64,000 bases of DNA from a virus. Positions within the stretch are counted from its first letter, which is position 1, and each line of letters starts with the position of its first letter. The DNA is taken from the IMG/VR virus record IMGVR_UViG_3300029267_001213, positions 22,554 through 86,553 of that record; one strand, given 5' to 3'. The notes under the pieces are model-generated. The model searched no databases and was not told the origin of the DNA. It saw nothing but the letters and a program-made list of their open reading frames with translations. This document shows positions 10,313 through 20,978 of the stretch, in pieces. A program made the translations under genes and the position numbers.

Positions 10313-13300
10313 ATGACACTGCCAGTAAGAAAATATTGGTGGCGACCAAGTGTGCTGGCTCCCTATGCAGGACAGGGCCTTAATATCTCCGGCAACAATT
10401 ATGAGGACTTCGAAAAGTTCATGGGATGGTTGCTGGTAAGAAAGATATTTGTTTCCGGAGTACCAAGAGAATATGAGCGCGAGCTTTCTATAGACGCCAA
10501 TGGTGCGCGGATTATTTTGCCTGTCAATACAGACTGGGCAGAAACGAATCTGGATGATGATAATGCGTTGATGGGTGATAGCAGATATTGGGTATGTGTT
10601 TATCCATATTCCTTGAGAGGTTTTATTAATCCTAGAATGGACCCGGATATACTGGGCTTTGCAGAAATACACTGGCGGGTTCCCAATGTAAGAAAATATA
10701 ATAATAATTATGGAATGCATACTGGCCTTGGAATAACACTGGGGAAAAGCCATGCGGCAGTAGCACATACAAAAAAGCAAAGTCTTATTGTTCCACCTGA
10801 AAGTGGTGGTGGCTGGAAAATAAAATCTGATTACGCTGGTTCATCATGGAACAATCCGGCATTGGAATCGGATGTTGTGCTAGACGAAATAGCAGAAGGA
10901 AAATTCCGAGCAGACCATGTGAAGAGAGATGACTCTACCGGATTGATGACCTTGAAGTTTTGGAATCCTATTACAAGAGAATATCAATTAATGTTTTCGG
11001 ATAATTCCGTTTCTTGGGATATGTATGCAGATTTTGTTCCGTTTATGATCGGCGTTCCTAATTCAGAAAGCGGTGATGATCTTGAGCATACTCTGGTTCA
11101 GTTTCAGGGCTATCCTTATGATCCTTTTATAGCACAGGTAATGCCGGTTGCAGATTACTTGTCTAATCTGGATATTATTTTTGATGGCAAAAATGCTGCA
11201 GCTTCTGGACATGGCGGTTATGAGCTCAGGGAAGATCTTGGCTGGGCAATAAGATGTACAGCGTATACGAGAGGTGGCGCATCAAGTGGGTTGGCTCATA
11301 TTATTACAGACTCTATGGCACAGGGATATGATCATCCGTGGATGCCAAGCGGAGCATTTACTATTTTATTTGATATAAATATTGATGATTGGGATCCGGG
11401 CGAGCGGAGATATATTGCTTATTGTACAGGCTCAAATACATATCCGGTTTATTGGACACTGAGTGCGGATGATGATCTCCGGGCTGAAATAACTACTGGT
11501 TCAGGTTCTATAATAATGGATTTTACAGCGGCTCTCTTTTGGAACGGAGAGCCGCATCAGGTCGGAATAAGTTTCGATGGAGTGAGCAGATGGCGATTGT
11601 TATTTGACGGACAGTATGTTTCAGAAAAAATTGATTCTACAGCAGTCATGCAGAATGAGACTTTGCTTCTTGGTGCATGGTTTGGAAATCGTGGTGTTGA
11701 AGCATGGCGTGGTGATGTTCAGATATGGGAACAGGAGCTTAATAATGATCAGCTGGTCGAGGCTTATAGCGAATTACTGAAATATAGAATTAAAAATTAT
11801 TCTTTCGAAATAGCGAAAGATGGCGCTGCAATTGCTGGCGAGGCTGAAGACTGGGATTGTACTCCTTCGGAGCTTTATGCGTTTGCAGAATTCGAACATC
11901 ATGATCAATTTAATTCTGAGCGCGAAGATTATGAGACGGACTGGAACAATAATGATGGACATATAGACCAGTGGGATAATGATGCAAGTGCACCGGCATT
12001 ATTTTCTTTAGGCAAAGAGAAAATTGCCGCAGAGACTTTTGAACGTCCGGGATGGGAAGTGCTCGGTTCGGACTATCAGAAAAACGGCTGGCCGTGGCAA
12101 TGGCCGAGCAACAGTAAGCAAGCTGTATTTTCAGGTGTGGCGTTTTATGGCATTGCGGATATTACGGTCGAATCGTTTGAGTTCGGATGGGATTCAAATG
12201 AAAATTATATTTACAGTCCACAGGACATATGGGTACTTGAGCCACAGCTTCCATTGATAATTAATAAATGGAAAAACAGCAGGGTGGCTTTTGCAATTTA
12301 TAATTTCGGACTGGCCGAATGGCGTGGAGCTGACATTGAAATAGCAGAGGGTACTTATAATACGGCAACGGATTTGGCTTCTGCATTGCAAAGCGCATTC
12401 GATGCAATCGGTCTGGCTTCTGAGTTTGGACTTACTTTCGGAACGCATCCGGACAGCCCGGCTACGAAATATACGATTAAGACAGATAACGTGGTAAGCA
12501 TAGCCGCTGTAGGCGTAGGTCCTGATATTAGCTCCGGCGAACAGCCGGATGGTCGTGCGGACTTAGGAATGCCAGCCAGAGAGACTTCAATAATTCTAGG
12601 TGATGAAAATGTAGAAGGCTATCGGGTTAATCAGCTGGATGTAATTATGAATGGTGATCTGGCCGGATTTAACTGGCTGGGAGGCAATGGTGGTTTTTCG
12701 AATCGAGCACAATTTGACGGACAGAGTGCTGAAAAATTCGAAACCGGATGGAACAATGACGAGTACACAGACAAGATGGTGGGTAATATTATTTATGCTT
12801 TGAATCCCTATGATCAGATAGGCATTACGGGAGATTATACATCAAGATATAATATTCCTGGACTTGAGTGCGTGATAGCAGACGGTCAGGAAAATGATGG
12901 AAATTATACAGTAATATCAGCCGTGTTTTTAGGTGGTATAACTATAGTTACATTTAATGAACGTATAGAGGTGGTTATTTCTGGATGGGGTTCGGTTTAT
13001 CCTAATTACAAGAGGGCAGAATTCAATGCAACAGAAGCTTATTTAATAGGTAATTCATGGCCGATCCCGGATGAGTTTGAAATATTCGGAAGAGACTTAA
13101 CGGCATTATTTGATACGGATTACGAGTTTTCTGTTACAGGTCATCCTAATGCTGGCAAGTATACAGTAAAAGCACCCGGAGCATATATGAGTGGATCGAA
13201 TATGAGAATTCCGGTTAATGAAAATTTTAATCACATGGCAGCTCAAGGTCATGTTTCGGCTCCGAGAAGAGTAGAAAATTTCGAAGATCCTTATGGACAC

Positions 13301-13327
13301 TTATGGCCAACAGAGGTTATTGATTAG
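10313..13327 (+). CDS. Large virion protein with LamG/concanavalin-like domain and repeated E-x-F-E-x-G-W motifs
   Basis: 1004 aa in the tail operon. LamG-like FTI.F.I...H.VGISFDG....L.FDG...LLLG..W.G.VQIW..EL segment. Confidence 0.6.
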   Translation: MTLPVRKYWWRPSVLAPYAGQGLNISGNNYEDFEKFMGWLLVRKIFVSGVPREYERELSIDANGARIILPVNTDWAETNLDDDNALMGDSRYWVCVYPYSLRGFINPRMDPDILGFAEIHWRVPNVRKYNNNYGMHTGLGITLGKSHAAVAHTKKQSLIVPPESGGGWKIKSDYAGSSWNNPALESDVVLDEIAEGKFRADHVKRDDSTGLMTLKFWNPITREYQLMFSDNSVSWDMYADFVPFMIGVPNSESGDDLEHTLVQFQGYPYDPFIAQVMPVADYLSNLDIIFDGKNAAASGHGGYELREDLGWAIRCTAYTRGGASSGLAHIITDSMAQGYDHPWMPSGAFTILFDINIDDWDPGERRYIAYCTGSNTYPVYWTLSADDDLRAEITTGSGSIIMDFTAALFWNGEPHQVGISFDGVSRWRLLFDGQYVSEKIDSTAVMQNETLLLGAWFGNRGVEAWRGDVQIWEQELNNDQLVEAYSELLKYRIKNYSFEIAKDGAAIAGEAEDWDCTPSELYAFAEFEHHDQFNSEREDYETDWNNNDGHIDQWDNDASAPALFSLGKEKIAAETFERPGWEVLGSDYQKNGWPWQWPSNSKQAVFSGVAFYGIADITVESFEFGWDSNENYIYSPQDIWVLEPQLPLIINKWKNSRVAFAIYNFGLAEWRGADIEIAEGTYNTATDLASALQSAFDAIGLASEFGLTFGTHPDSPATKYTIKTDNVVSIAAVGVGPDISSGEQPDGRADLGMPARETSIILGDENVEGYRVNQLDVIMNGDLAGFNWLGGNGGFSNRAQFDGQSAEKFETGWNNDEYTDKMVGNIIYALNPYDQIGITGDYTSRYNIPGLECVIADGQENDGNYTVISAVFLGGITIVTFNERIEVVISGWGSVYPNYKRAEFNATEAYLIGNSWPIPDEFEIFGRDLTALFDTDYEFSVTGHPNAGKYTVKAPGAYMSGSNMRIPVNENFNHMAAQGHVSAPRRVENFEDPYGHLWPTEVID

Positions 13328-13338
13328 GAGGTAATGTC

Positions 13339-14061
13339 ATGGCGCAAGGTGAATGGGCAGACTGGGGCGAGAGCGTAGCTCAAGCAAATGTAAAGAGAGG
13401 AGTTAGCGCGGGTTATCCAAAGCCATCCGGCGGTGGATCCTTTTGTTATGCTTTTTCCTCAAAAGTCAGCGAGGCTGGTCAGGCGGTTGCAAAGTATGTG
13501 GACCTGTCGAACTTTAATCCTATTGCATCAGGCAAAGGATGCAGTGTCAGAGGAACTTTGCGAAGACATTCAAGTGCCGGTCATTCTGTATTTCTTATAG
13601 CATTGGGCCAGAGCGTGGCGGATATATACAGCGATGAAGCGTACCTGTTAGGCGTATGGGATGCGGAACCGGGCAAGATAGCTTTGCGAAAAGGAATCAT
13701 AGCTGAAGGAATTCCTGAAGATGATGATCAGATATTAGCTTCAAGCAATTTACTTTACGAAGGTGGACAATATTTGCATTTGAGATTGGACGTTATCGTG
13801 AACGGCAACGGCGATGTGGTATTAAACGTTTTGCAGAATGATTTGTCAGCGCACAACGTGGATGCTCCAGTGTGGGAGAACATTGAAGGCATGGGCGATC
13901 CTCTTAATGATGATCCGACATTCGTGGACGATGTGCTGGGTATCAATAGCGGCAGTGTTCCATTTATCGGCGGTGGTTATGTCGGATATGGATATACTTC
14001 ATCGCAGATAGGCAGAAATGCATTTGTAGATCATCTGGAGATGCTACGGCAAACGGCATAA
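13339..14061 (+). CDS. Hypothetical virion protein (beta-rich)
   Basis: GGAGG RBS, in the tail operon, beta-strand-like composition. Confidence 0.55.
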   Translation: MAQGEWADWGESVAQANVKRGVSAGYPKPSGGGSFCYAFSSKVSEAGQAVAKYVDLSNFNPIASGKGCSVRGTLRRHSSAGHSVFLIALGQSVADIYSDEAYLLGVWDAEPGKIALRKGIIAEGIPEDDDQILASSNLLYEGGQYLHLRLDVIVNGNGDVVLNVLQNDLSAHNVDAPVWENIEGMGDPLNDDPTFVDDVLGINSGSVPFIGGGYVGYGYTSSQIGRNAFVDHLEMLRQTA

Positions 14062-14062
14062 G

Positions 14063-15319
14063 ATGGCGAATATTCTAGCACCATTAAGGAAGGCAAGCGG
14101 CTACTTATCTGGCCGAATTGAGCATCAATTTGCAGAGGACGGCTCTCATGTTTTCGTATTGGGTGCATTGGATGACGTTATCGAGCTGGTAGCTTTGAAT
14201 GAGAGAGTAGTTTTATATCAAAGTGGTATTGATTTGAAAGAGATAGATTTTCTTACTGGCAGATTTTCATGTCAAGGTCCAAGTCAGTCCTTGCAGGAAC
14301 ATGGCGAAAGGATGTTACCTGCAGATGCTCCGGCTGGAGAATTACTTACGATGTGGCAGATGGATCAGTGGGTTCCAGCTGGTGGAACTGTTTATTCAAC
14401 GCCGGGCATAGCAGGAGTGGGTTCTAACGCTATTTTGCATTTTAACCCTACAGGCAAGGCTAAGGTTTGGAATCCGTCACCGGAAAATATTAATTGGCTT
14501 GGCAAAGCACCTGAATTCGAAATTAATTATAGTACTGTTCATGATGTAGCATACATTCCAAGTGGTACGGCTATTTATTCTATAGCCAATTCAATTGAAG
14601 AAAGACAGTTTGACTTCTGGCTATCAGTCGATTCTATGGATCCCAGTTATCAAAATACTGAGTACAGACAATTGTGGGCACAGGGTCCGCAGTTTCCGGG
14701 CATGAATCCTCGGCCGGGGATATCAATAGCATTCGAGCCGGTTACAATGGGCGGTGGACTTGTTGTGGACATATCTCCGGACGGTGTGAATCCGGGTGAA
14801 AAATACGGACCCATACTTCCCGGCGATGGATGGTCTGTAGGGGGAGGGCCTTTTCTGTTTACCGTACAGCTTGGACAGCGGGCAGTGAGCAATACAACAA
14901 AGCTTTTTATAAACGGCGTAAAAAAATGGGAAGGAACCAGAACTATTAATCAAGGCGGAGTGCATAGTGTATTGGTTGGTGGTGCAGTGGATGCTGGTTT
15001 TACATTCCCATTTGCAGCATGTGGTCTTGGAACGAATATATATGAGATTCGTATTCTTAATAAGCTGAGAAGCGAAGCGTCCGTAAAATGGACAGCGGAT
15101 GGAATGTCCAGAAAATACGGATGGTGTTTTGAAATAATGATAAACAACAGACCGAGAGCCAGACGATGGATAAGACCCGGCAATGCTCAGACTCTTGAGG
15201 ACGTTAAGGCATGGGTGCATGACTTTTCGACCAGCGAGGATGTAAGCTTTCAATTAAGACTGGGACACTATCCGGAAGATCCGGCTTTCGTTTATAACTC
15301 TACTTTATACGCGGTGTAA
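14063..15319 (+). CDS. Virion protein, probable LamG-like domain
   Basis: FDFWL, KLFING, V.VGG and IYEIRILNK.RS pattern. In the tail operon. Confidence 0.5.
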   Translation: MANILAPLRKASGYLSGRIEHQFAEDGSHVFVLGALDDVIELVALNERVVLYQSGIDLKEIDFLTGRFSCQGPSQSLQEHGERMLPADAPAGELLTMWQMDQWVPAGGTVYSTPGIAGVGSNAILHFNPTGKAKVWNPSPENINWLGKAPEFEINYSTVHDVAYIPSGTAIYSIANSIEERQFDFWLSVDSMDPSYQNTEYRQLWAQGPQFPGMNPRPGISIAFEPVTMGGGLVVDISPDGVNPGEKYGPILPGDGWSVGGGPFLFTVQLGQRAVSNTTKLFINGVKKWEGTRTINQGGVHSVLVGGAVDAGFTFPFAACGLGTNIYEIRILNKLRSEASVKWTADGMSRKYGWCFEIMINNRPRARRWIRPGNAQTLEDVKAWVHDFSTSEDVSFQLRLGHYPEDPAFVYNSTLYAV

Positions 15320-15322
15320 AAA

Positions 15323-16819
15323 ATGTTTGTCTGGTGGCTGGTAATAAATTATTTAACTGCGGCGACTGTAAGGTTTCCGGCAATATTGCTGGATGTTATT
15401 TTTCCGATTCGTTTGGACGAAGACAAAGATCATGTTCTGGCGATTAATAGAAGTCCTGAACCAGACGAGACAGACATTCCTAGAGAGGGACCTGTAAGAT
15501 TACAGATAGCATCTCTTGGCAAGGCGGATGTAGATATTGAAAATACGCTTGTTTATATAAACAGCGTTCTGGCATTTGATGGCAGCTCATTTTCTGTAGA
15601 CAGAAATTTGTGTTTTCAATCGGGATGGAACAGGGACGGTTGGTCGTGGGTCGGTGCGGCTGATGAGATAGGTATTCAGTCATCAGACCCGGACATGCTT
15701 TATGAAATAGCAATTTATCCGGATGAAGACTTTGAGTCTGAAGAAGAAATTTCTGTCCGGGTTGTTTCGCAGACAGTTCATTCATCGGCAACAATGGATG
15801 AGACTTATTCATTCACTATCGAAGATTATTCAGCTCCAGAAATTCTTTTATTAACACCGGTGGACGAATTTACACTGGATGTAGAATTCAATGAGCCGGT
15901 CAGGATGGAGGGAGACGGCGATTTATCAGACGCGCTTACGCTGGGCAATTACAGCATAGAGCGACAGAATGAAGATCCTTTTCCGGCTGTACATCTGGAA
16001 GTGGTTGCGGTCGAAGCCGTGGATGATTCCACTGTCCGGCTGACGTTTCAGTGGGAATCTACTCCGGTGCAGATTTATGAGCTTACAGTCGAAAATGTTG
16101 AGGACATAAAAGGTAATGCAATTGATCCGGATAATAATACGGCAACATGGTCCGGATATGAATGGCCAGTTCCAGAGGGACGCGAGTTCAGCATTTACTA
16201 TAACATGCTTCCGGGCATTGCCAGACAGCTTGATGAGAACTTGGACCTGCGAAGGTTAACGGCATGCTTCGAAGAAATTCTTTATTTGCTTTTATGGTGG
16301 ATAGATAAATTCACATGGCAGGTTGACATTGATCGGGCTACGGAATCTCAGTTGGATGAGTTACTTCTGGATATGGGCAATCCGTTTAACTTCGAGATGG
16401 ATGTCAATCAGAAGCGAAAATTGCTTCGAGTGCTTTGGGAGATATATCAATCCAAAGGAATCGACCGAGCAATGGAGAATGTAATTTATTTATTTTTAGG
16501 ACTGGAGGTCAGGGTCCGGGCGTTTGTAGATTTTCTGGACGAAGAAGGACAGAACTATATGTGGCGGCTAGGTCATTCAAGACTAGGAACGGATACGGCC
16601 CTGTGGCCTACGAGCGAATGGAGTCAGCTGGCATTTAATGTTTACAGCGATGTAATTCTTACAGATGACCAGCGCGGCAAGATTGAACAGATAATAGAAA
16701 TCATGCGTCCGGCGGAAAGTCATTTTGCCTTTCTTATAGAACCGGATACAATACCAGAAACAGATCACTGGCAGCTTGGTCGCAGCCGTCTTGGTGTTGA
16801 GACTTTCCTGCATGAGTGA
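15323..16819 (+). CDS. Baseplate / tail protein I-like with Ig-like domains
   Basis: Ig-like P.I......LDVEFNEPV...Y.LTVENVED..GN segment. C-terminal LD.LL.DMG.PF, IY.SKG...M, I...RPAESHF and a duplicated W.LG.SRLG motif. Confidence 0.78.
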   Translation: MFVWWLVINYLTAATVRFPAILLDVIFPIRLDEDKDHVLAINRSPEPDETDIPREGPVRLQIASLGKADVDIENTLVYINSVLAFDGSSFSVDRNLCFQSGWNRDGWSWVGAADEIGIQSSDPDMLYEIAIYPDEDFESEEEISVRVVSQTVHSSATMDETYSFTIEDYSAPEILLLTPVDEFTLDVEFNEPVRMEGDGDLSDALTLGNYSIERQNEDPFPAVHLEVVAVEAVDDSTVRLTFQWESTPVQIYELTVENVEDIKGNAIDPDNNTATWSGYEWPVPEGREFSIYYNMLPGIARQLDENLDLRRLTACFEEILYLLLWWIDKFTWQVDIDRATESQLDELLLDMGNPFNFEMDVNQKRKLLRVLWEIYQSKGIDRAMENVIYLFLGLEVRVRAFVDFLDEEGQNYMWRLGHSRLGTDTALWPTSEWSQLAFNVYSDVILTDDQRGKIEQIIEIMRPAESHFAFLIEPDTIPETDHWQLGRSRLGVETFLHE

Positions 16820-16830
16820 GGAGGACAGAG

Positions 16831-18897
16831 ATGAATAAATTCGATTGGTACTTTGATCAGCTTGTTTCAGAGGGAGACTTGGACGATGCATTCGACAATG
16901 TAGAACAGGCGCTCTGGAACATTGCTGGAGATCAAGATTTCTCCGGCATAAGCTCTGGCATTGTTGCACAGGAATGGACTTGGCCGTCATGGTCGATAGC
17001 TATTACAGCTCCGGGCACTGGAAACGATAAGCTCGGCAGACGATTGTTCCTTGATGCAGCTGCAGAAATTGATTGCTCTGAAGATGAAAACGGAACGAGC
17101 ACGTCGGTGGGCGCAGGTAAGGAAAGATTCATTTCTGTATTTGCAGAATATGATAGAGAGCTTTCCAATCCACAGACGGACGGCAATGGAGTTCCGGTTT
17201 ATGCTACGGTAACGGAGAAGGTTAATTTCCGTGTAGTCATGGGTTCTGAAGTCACAGCGCCGGCCACGGATTCAGACAAACCGGCATTGGATTCTGAAGA
17301 CATACTGGTTGCGGATATTAAAATCGACGAGAACACCGGATCCAACGGCATACAGAATGCGGATATTAATCCTCATAATGGGACCACTATTAAAAACAGG
17401 CGTGAGGATTTCATCAGAGATGAGGATGCAAATAAAGCGTGGTCTACTACCAAGGAAGCACTGGCGGAGTTAATACAGCTTTACAGTTCGGGTGGTGGGT
17501 CTATTCCGGTGAACATAACTGAAGACTGGCATAATGCAGAATCTCTGAGTTCCGACAATGTGGAAGATGCTATTAATGAGATCATAAACGAGCTGGCGGA
17601 TGACACTGGAGATACGGCATGTGGTGCTGACAGAATCGGGGCAGATGCAGAGACGGGTTCTCCTGATTCATTGTCTCAGGGCAGCATCAGAGATCAGCTG
17701 GAAGAACTTCTGGACATAGCAAATGCAAGAGTTAGAAAAGATATTGCGGATACCATTACTGCAAATCATACATTGACCAATGGCATTAAGTCAGAGGGCA
17801 TAATTCAGCTGCTTACGGATGACGCTTTCCTGAAAGGTGCGGACGCTGGAGTGGGCGGCGAAGACAATGTGGTTCCATTAGTCAAGACTGCTACAAAAAG
17901 CAGTGCAACAGGTATCCAGTGGGGAGATGATTATGCCAGTATTATAGATACTTTCAATTGCACATGGGATCAGTCGGGCGGTAAGTTTAAGAGAGAAACA
18001 GCATCATTTGATTCTTATGCGGTCATGGTCACGGTTCAGGGAATTGTACTTGCATATAAAAGCAAACAGGATGCGGACCATGCGACCGGATGGGATAAGG
18101 GGATTATTGGTTCAGGTGGCTGGACGAATGCGTCAACCATTGCCAACGGACCAGACGGCAAAGTTACCGAAGTAGGACTTTCGTCCGGTAAGTGGCTGGC
18201 TGTAAATTGCAAATGGGACCCGACATTATTTACTGGTGCTGGCGGCTGGGACATGATTGACGGTTCGGAAGATGCTTATGCCATAAAGACAGACGTGGTC
18301 GGATATGTTGTTTACTGGAAAGACCATAACAGACTTGATGGCGGTGGCAGTGGCAATGGCGTTTGGAAAGAAGATGATGTTGTTTTCGGAACTGGCACAG
18401 GATCGCCGGAACAGCAGTCATGGAACGGGACATGGTCGTGGGGCGGTCCTGCATCGTCGAGATCTGAAATGCTGTTTAGTTCTTCCGACGGACCGGAAGT
18501 ACAGGAAACTCCAGCCGGAGGCGTGATAGTAAAACGCGGTCAGACGGTAAATCTCGGCAGTGTAACCTTATGGCAGAGCAGAGCGTTGGTCGCGGGCGAG
18601 GTAGCGATCATCGAAGCCAAGATCATAGGCATACAAGATGATAATTCTGAAGCAGCTGCATATTGGAAGGTAGGTTCTGTTTATCATAACGGAACCAATT
18701 TGGTATGGGTGTATGGCAGTGGTGATCAGGAGGTAGTGCCCGAGAAAGAATCTAGCGGTGCTTCTGGGTGGGATGCAAACATATCTTTAAGTTCTCCGGT
18801 TATCCGAATAATCGCACAAGGGAACACCGGTGATACAGTAAACTGGAAGGCCGAGATTAAGGTAACTATCAGACGCAGCAACGAGAGTTGTGCGTAA
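16831..18897 (+). CDS. Tail fibre / receptor-binding protein
   Basis: N-terminal baseplate-attachment-like segment (FDWYF.Q.V.E.DLD.AF), NVEDAINE hinge, Gly/Trp-rich beta C-terminus. ATG 16831 follows GAGGAGG. Confidence 0.75.
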   Translation: MNKFDWYFDQLVSEGDLDDAFDNVEQALWNIAGDQDFSGISSGIVAQEWTWPSWSIAITAPGTGNDKLGRRLFLDAAAEIDCSEDENGTSTSVGAGKERFISVFAEYDRELSNPQTDGNGVPVYATVTEKVNFRVVMGSEVTAPATDSDKPALDSEDILVADIKIDENTGSNGIQNADINPHNGTTIKNRREDFIRDEDANKAWSTTKEALAELIQLYSSGGGSIPVNITEDWHNAESLSSDNVEDAINEIINELADDTGDTACGADRIGADAETGSPDSLSQGSIRDQLEELLDIANARVRKDIADTITANHTLTNGIKSEGIIQLLTDDAFLKGADAGVGGEDNVVPLVKTATKSSATGIQWGDDYASIIDTFNCTWDQSGGKFKRETASFDSYAVMVTVQGIVLAYKSKQDADHATGWDKGIIGSGGWTNASTIANGPDGKVTEVGLSSGKWLAVNCKWDPTLFTGAGGWDMIDGSEDAYAIKTDVVGYVVYWKDHNRLDGGGSGNGVWKEDDVVFGTGTGSPEQQSWNGTWSWGGPASSRSEMLFSSSDGPEVQETPAGGVIVKRGQTVNLGSVTLWQSRALVAGEVAIIEAKIIGIQDDNSEAAAYWKVGSVYHNGTNLVWVYGSGDQEVVPEKESSGASGWDANISLSSPVIRIIAQGNTGDTVNWKAEIKVTIRRSNESCA

Positions 18898-18907
18898 GGA
18901 GATAATA

Positions 18908-19141
18908 ATGTCGAAAAAAGAGAAAGAGCCGAAACGGATAAAGGTTGTGCTGGGTCTTGGTTCCCGTAATAAGAAAGACATACCAAGTGATCCGAGCATT
19001 CAGAAACTAATTACTGAGGATAAGGAAAGAAAAAAGTCTGAGGCTAAGGCAATTGAAAAGGTTCAGGTGGCTCGTGAAAAAAGAGCTGCTATAAAAACAG
19101 AACGAAAAAAGAAAGCTGAAAAGACTAAGACTGAAAAATAA
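18908..19141 (+). CDS. Small Lys-rich hypothetical protein
   Basis: AAGGAG RBS before ATG 18908. Highly basic. Confidence 0.5.
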   Translation: MSKKEKEPKRIKVVLGLGSRNKKDIPSDPSIQKLITEDKERKKSEAKAIEKVQVAREKRAAIKTERKKKAEKTKTEK

Positions 19142-19188
19142 AAAACAGCCCGGCTAACCAGAGAGTGAATGATCAGCCGGGCTAAAAA
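19141..19188 (-). terminator. Hairpin, possible intrinsic terminator acting on the minus strand
   Basis: AGCCCGGCT (19147-19155) pairs with AGCCGGGCT (19175-19183). A-runs flank both sides, so a U-tract follows only on the minus strand. The loop is long. Confidence 0.4.
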
Positions 19189-19272
19189 GGGTAACGGAGT
19201 TAATATAGCAGAAAAAAAATTAATGTCTACTCTGGTTAATCAGAGTACACTGAAGACACGGAGGAAAAAACG

Positions 19273-19581
19273 ATGGACTTTTTTGAAATACTTTTAAGCG
19301 TGAATTTCCTTTTACTGGCTGCAGGAGCCGGAGTAATTCTGGAGATACTGAGAAAGGTTCTCCCTGATAAAATCGAAAAGCACAAAGTGTTTAAGATAAT
19401 CCTTCCTTTACTGCCATTCATTCTGGCAACAGCCGGTTCTTTTATTCCGGGATTAAGCCCTGCGGAAAATCTGGCACAGTCGGTCGTGTTTGGATTACTG
19501 GCCGGCGCTTTGGCTGGATCTGTTTATCCGGCAGTTAAACGATTTATTAAAATGTTCGTAAAGAATAAGGCAGCGGAATGA
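19273..19581 (+). CDS. Holin-like membrane protein
   Basis: 102 aa, three hydrophobic segments, basic C-terminus, follows the tail genes. Confidence 0.7.
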   Translation: MDFFEILLSVNFLLLAAGAGVILEILRKVLPDKIEKHKVFKIILPLLPFILATAGSFIPGLSPAENLAQSVVFGLLAGALAGSVYPAVKRFIKMFVKNKAAE

Positions 19582-19901
19582 TTCCGTGGATTACAGTTCT
19601 TAAGATTGTCGGCGTGCTGGGCGGCGTGGCAATCCTGATAGCGGTCATTAGGAATCTATGCAGACGATTCGGCTGGTTTGGTTCAGGTGGGAAAGTTACT
19701 GCGGACGATGCAAAAGAGGCATTGAAAATTCTGGAAGATGCCGTGGAGAAACATGATAAGGACAGGGACGCTATAAATTCCAGTCACACGGAAAAAAAGA
19801 AAGCTGCAAAAGCTGCCTTGGAGAAGATTCGTAATGAATCAAATAAAAAGAGTCTGGAAGATGTACTCAACAGGTCACATAAAATACGCCGCGGTCGTTA
19901 G
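19578..19901 (+). CDS. Membrane-anchored coiled-coil protein (i-spanin-like)
   Basis: N-terminal transmembrane segment then a charged helical region. Follows the holin-like gene. Confidence 0.45.
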   Translation: MIPWITVLKIVGVLGGVAILIAVIRNLCRRFGWFGSGGKVTADDAKEALKILEDAVEKHDKDRDAINSSHTEKKKAAKAALEKIRNESNKKSLEDVLNRSHKIRRGR

Positions 19902-20406
19902 TTGTTTCATAGCGATTATTCTGGCGGCACAGAATTCATATGCGGATGACCAGTGCAAGGTGCAGGACTACGAGTCGGACAGAGAGCCGGATTTCAAGTG
20001 TCCTTCTCCGGGCGAACTGGAATTGCTCGGACATGTAGACCTCGAGCGTCCTGTTGTTTTGAAGGAAGGCGATATTGCTCCATATGAAGGAGCCTTATAT
20101 ACGAAGGCGGCGATCATCGAAACAGATTTGCAGATAATGGCACTGCGGCAGTTACGATGGCTGGACGGATGGAAAAGGCGACGGCTTCATCTGGCGGATA
20201 CTGAGCTACGCAGATCAATGCACGATGCCAAGCTGGTTATAGCGGAAGCGGAAATACTTTCACTGAAACAGGAGAACAGCAGGTTGAGCGAGGAGGCGGA
20301 AGTGCAATGGTATGAGGAGCCGGTATTATGGCTGGCGGTGGGCACGGTTATTGGCGCGGTTCTCGGTGGGGGAATCGGTTACGGATATTCTCTGATTTCA
20401 CGTTAA
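19834..20406 (+). CDS. Exported protein with C-terminal membrane segment (spanin-like)
   Basis: Signal-peptide-like AAVVSCFIAIILAAQNSYA, L.EG..APY.G.LY motif, coiled coil, C-terminal WY..P.LW..VG...G transmembrane segment. Overlaps the previous gene, start uncertain. Confidence 0.5.
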   Translation: MNQIKRVWKMYSTGHIKYAAVVSCFIAIILAAQNSYADDQCKVQDYESDREPDFKCPSPGELELLGHVDLERPVVLKEGDIAPYEGALYTKAAIIETDLQIMALRQLRWLDGWKRRRLHLADTELRRSMHDAKLVIAEAEILSLKQENSRLSEEAEVQWYEEPVLWLAVGTVIGAVLGGGIGYGYSLISR

Positions 20407-20497
20407 AAAACACGGAAAAACCAAGGAAATAGCGGCATTTATTCCGTAACTATGCGGAATCATTAGGGAACTTTCTGTCTTTTTATGTCGATTTTCC

Positions 20498-20527
20498 TTG
20501 ATACCAATATAGAATATAATTTATACT
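20498..20527 (+). promoter_or_regulatory. Sigma70-type promoter heading the early gene block
   Basis: TTGATA-N18-TATACT upstream of AAGGAGG and ATG 20549. Confidence 0.6.
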
Positions 20528-20548
20528 TAAAATAAAGGAGGCAGCACG

Positions 20549-20926
20549 ATGAAACTAATAAATAAAAAACACTACATTAACAAGGACGCGGCAATTGGGA
20601 AACTGAAGAAGGACCTGATGTCTCTTTTATTCGTGAATCCATTTTGCAGATTGGAAGCAAAATTCACGAGAGACGGCTGGCGGTGCGTGGTTGTTGAAAA
20701 AGGCAACGTTATAAAGCGCCCAAGAATTGAGACTGTCGAAGCACTTGCAAGAGCCGGTTACCTGAAGGCGGACAGGCTGGACCCGGATAAAAAGAAATCT
20801 TATCTGTACAATCCGACGGAAAAACTTTTCCGGAAAGTTCTCAAACTTCAGCACAAGGCAGCGGGCCCGGCGGATGTGTTCGATGCAATGATGAGGAGGT
20901 CAGCGACTTTTAATCTGTATGCTTAA
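20549..20926 (+). CDS. Hypothetical basic early protein (possible winged helix)
   Basis: Strong RBS. V.AL.RAGYL.......Y..T pattern is wHTH-like. Confidence 0.55.
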   Translation: MKLINKKHYINKDAAIGKLKKDLMSLLFVNPFCRLEAKFTRDGWRCVVVEKGNVIKRPRIETVEALARAGYLKADRLDPDKKKSYLYNPTEKLFRKVLKLQHKAAGPADVFDAMMRRSATFNLYA

Positions 20927-20974
20927 TCAATGATGACTGCCTATCGGCAACGGTAGGCAGAGATGATTGATTAA
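20923..20974 (+). other. Long intergenic hairpin A (candidate RNase III processing site)
   Basis: TTAATCAAT/ATTGATTAA lower stem, internal loop, CTGCCTATCG-GCAA-CGGTAGGCAG upper stem. Confidence 0.65.
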
Positions 20975-20978
20975 TCAC

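Noticed and set aside
2-18897. Extracellular contractile injection system or tailocin
   Set aside because: Terminase, portal and replication genes in the same window indicate a complete phage.
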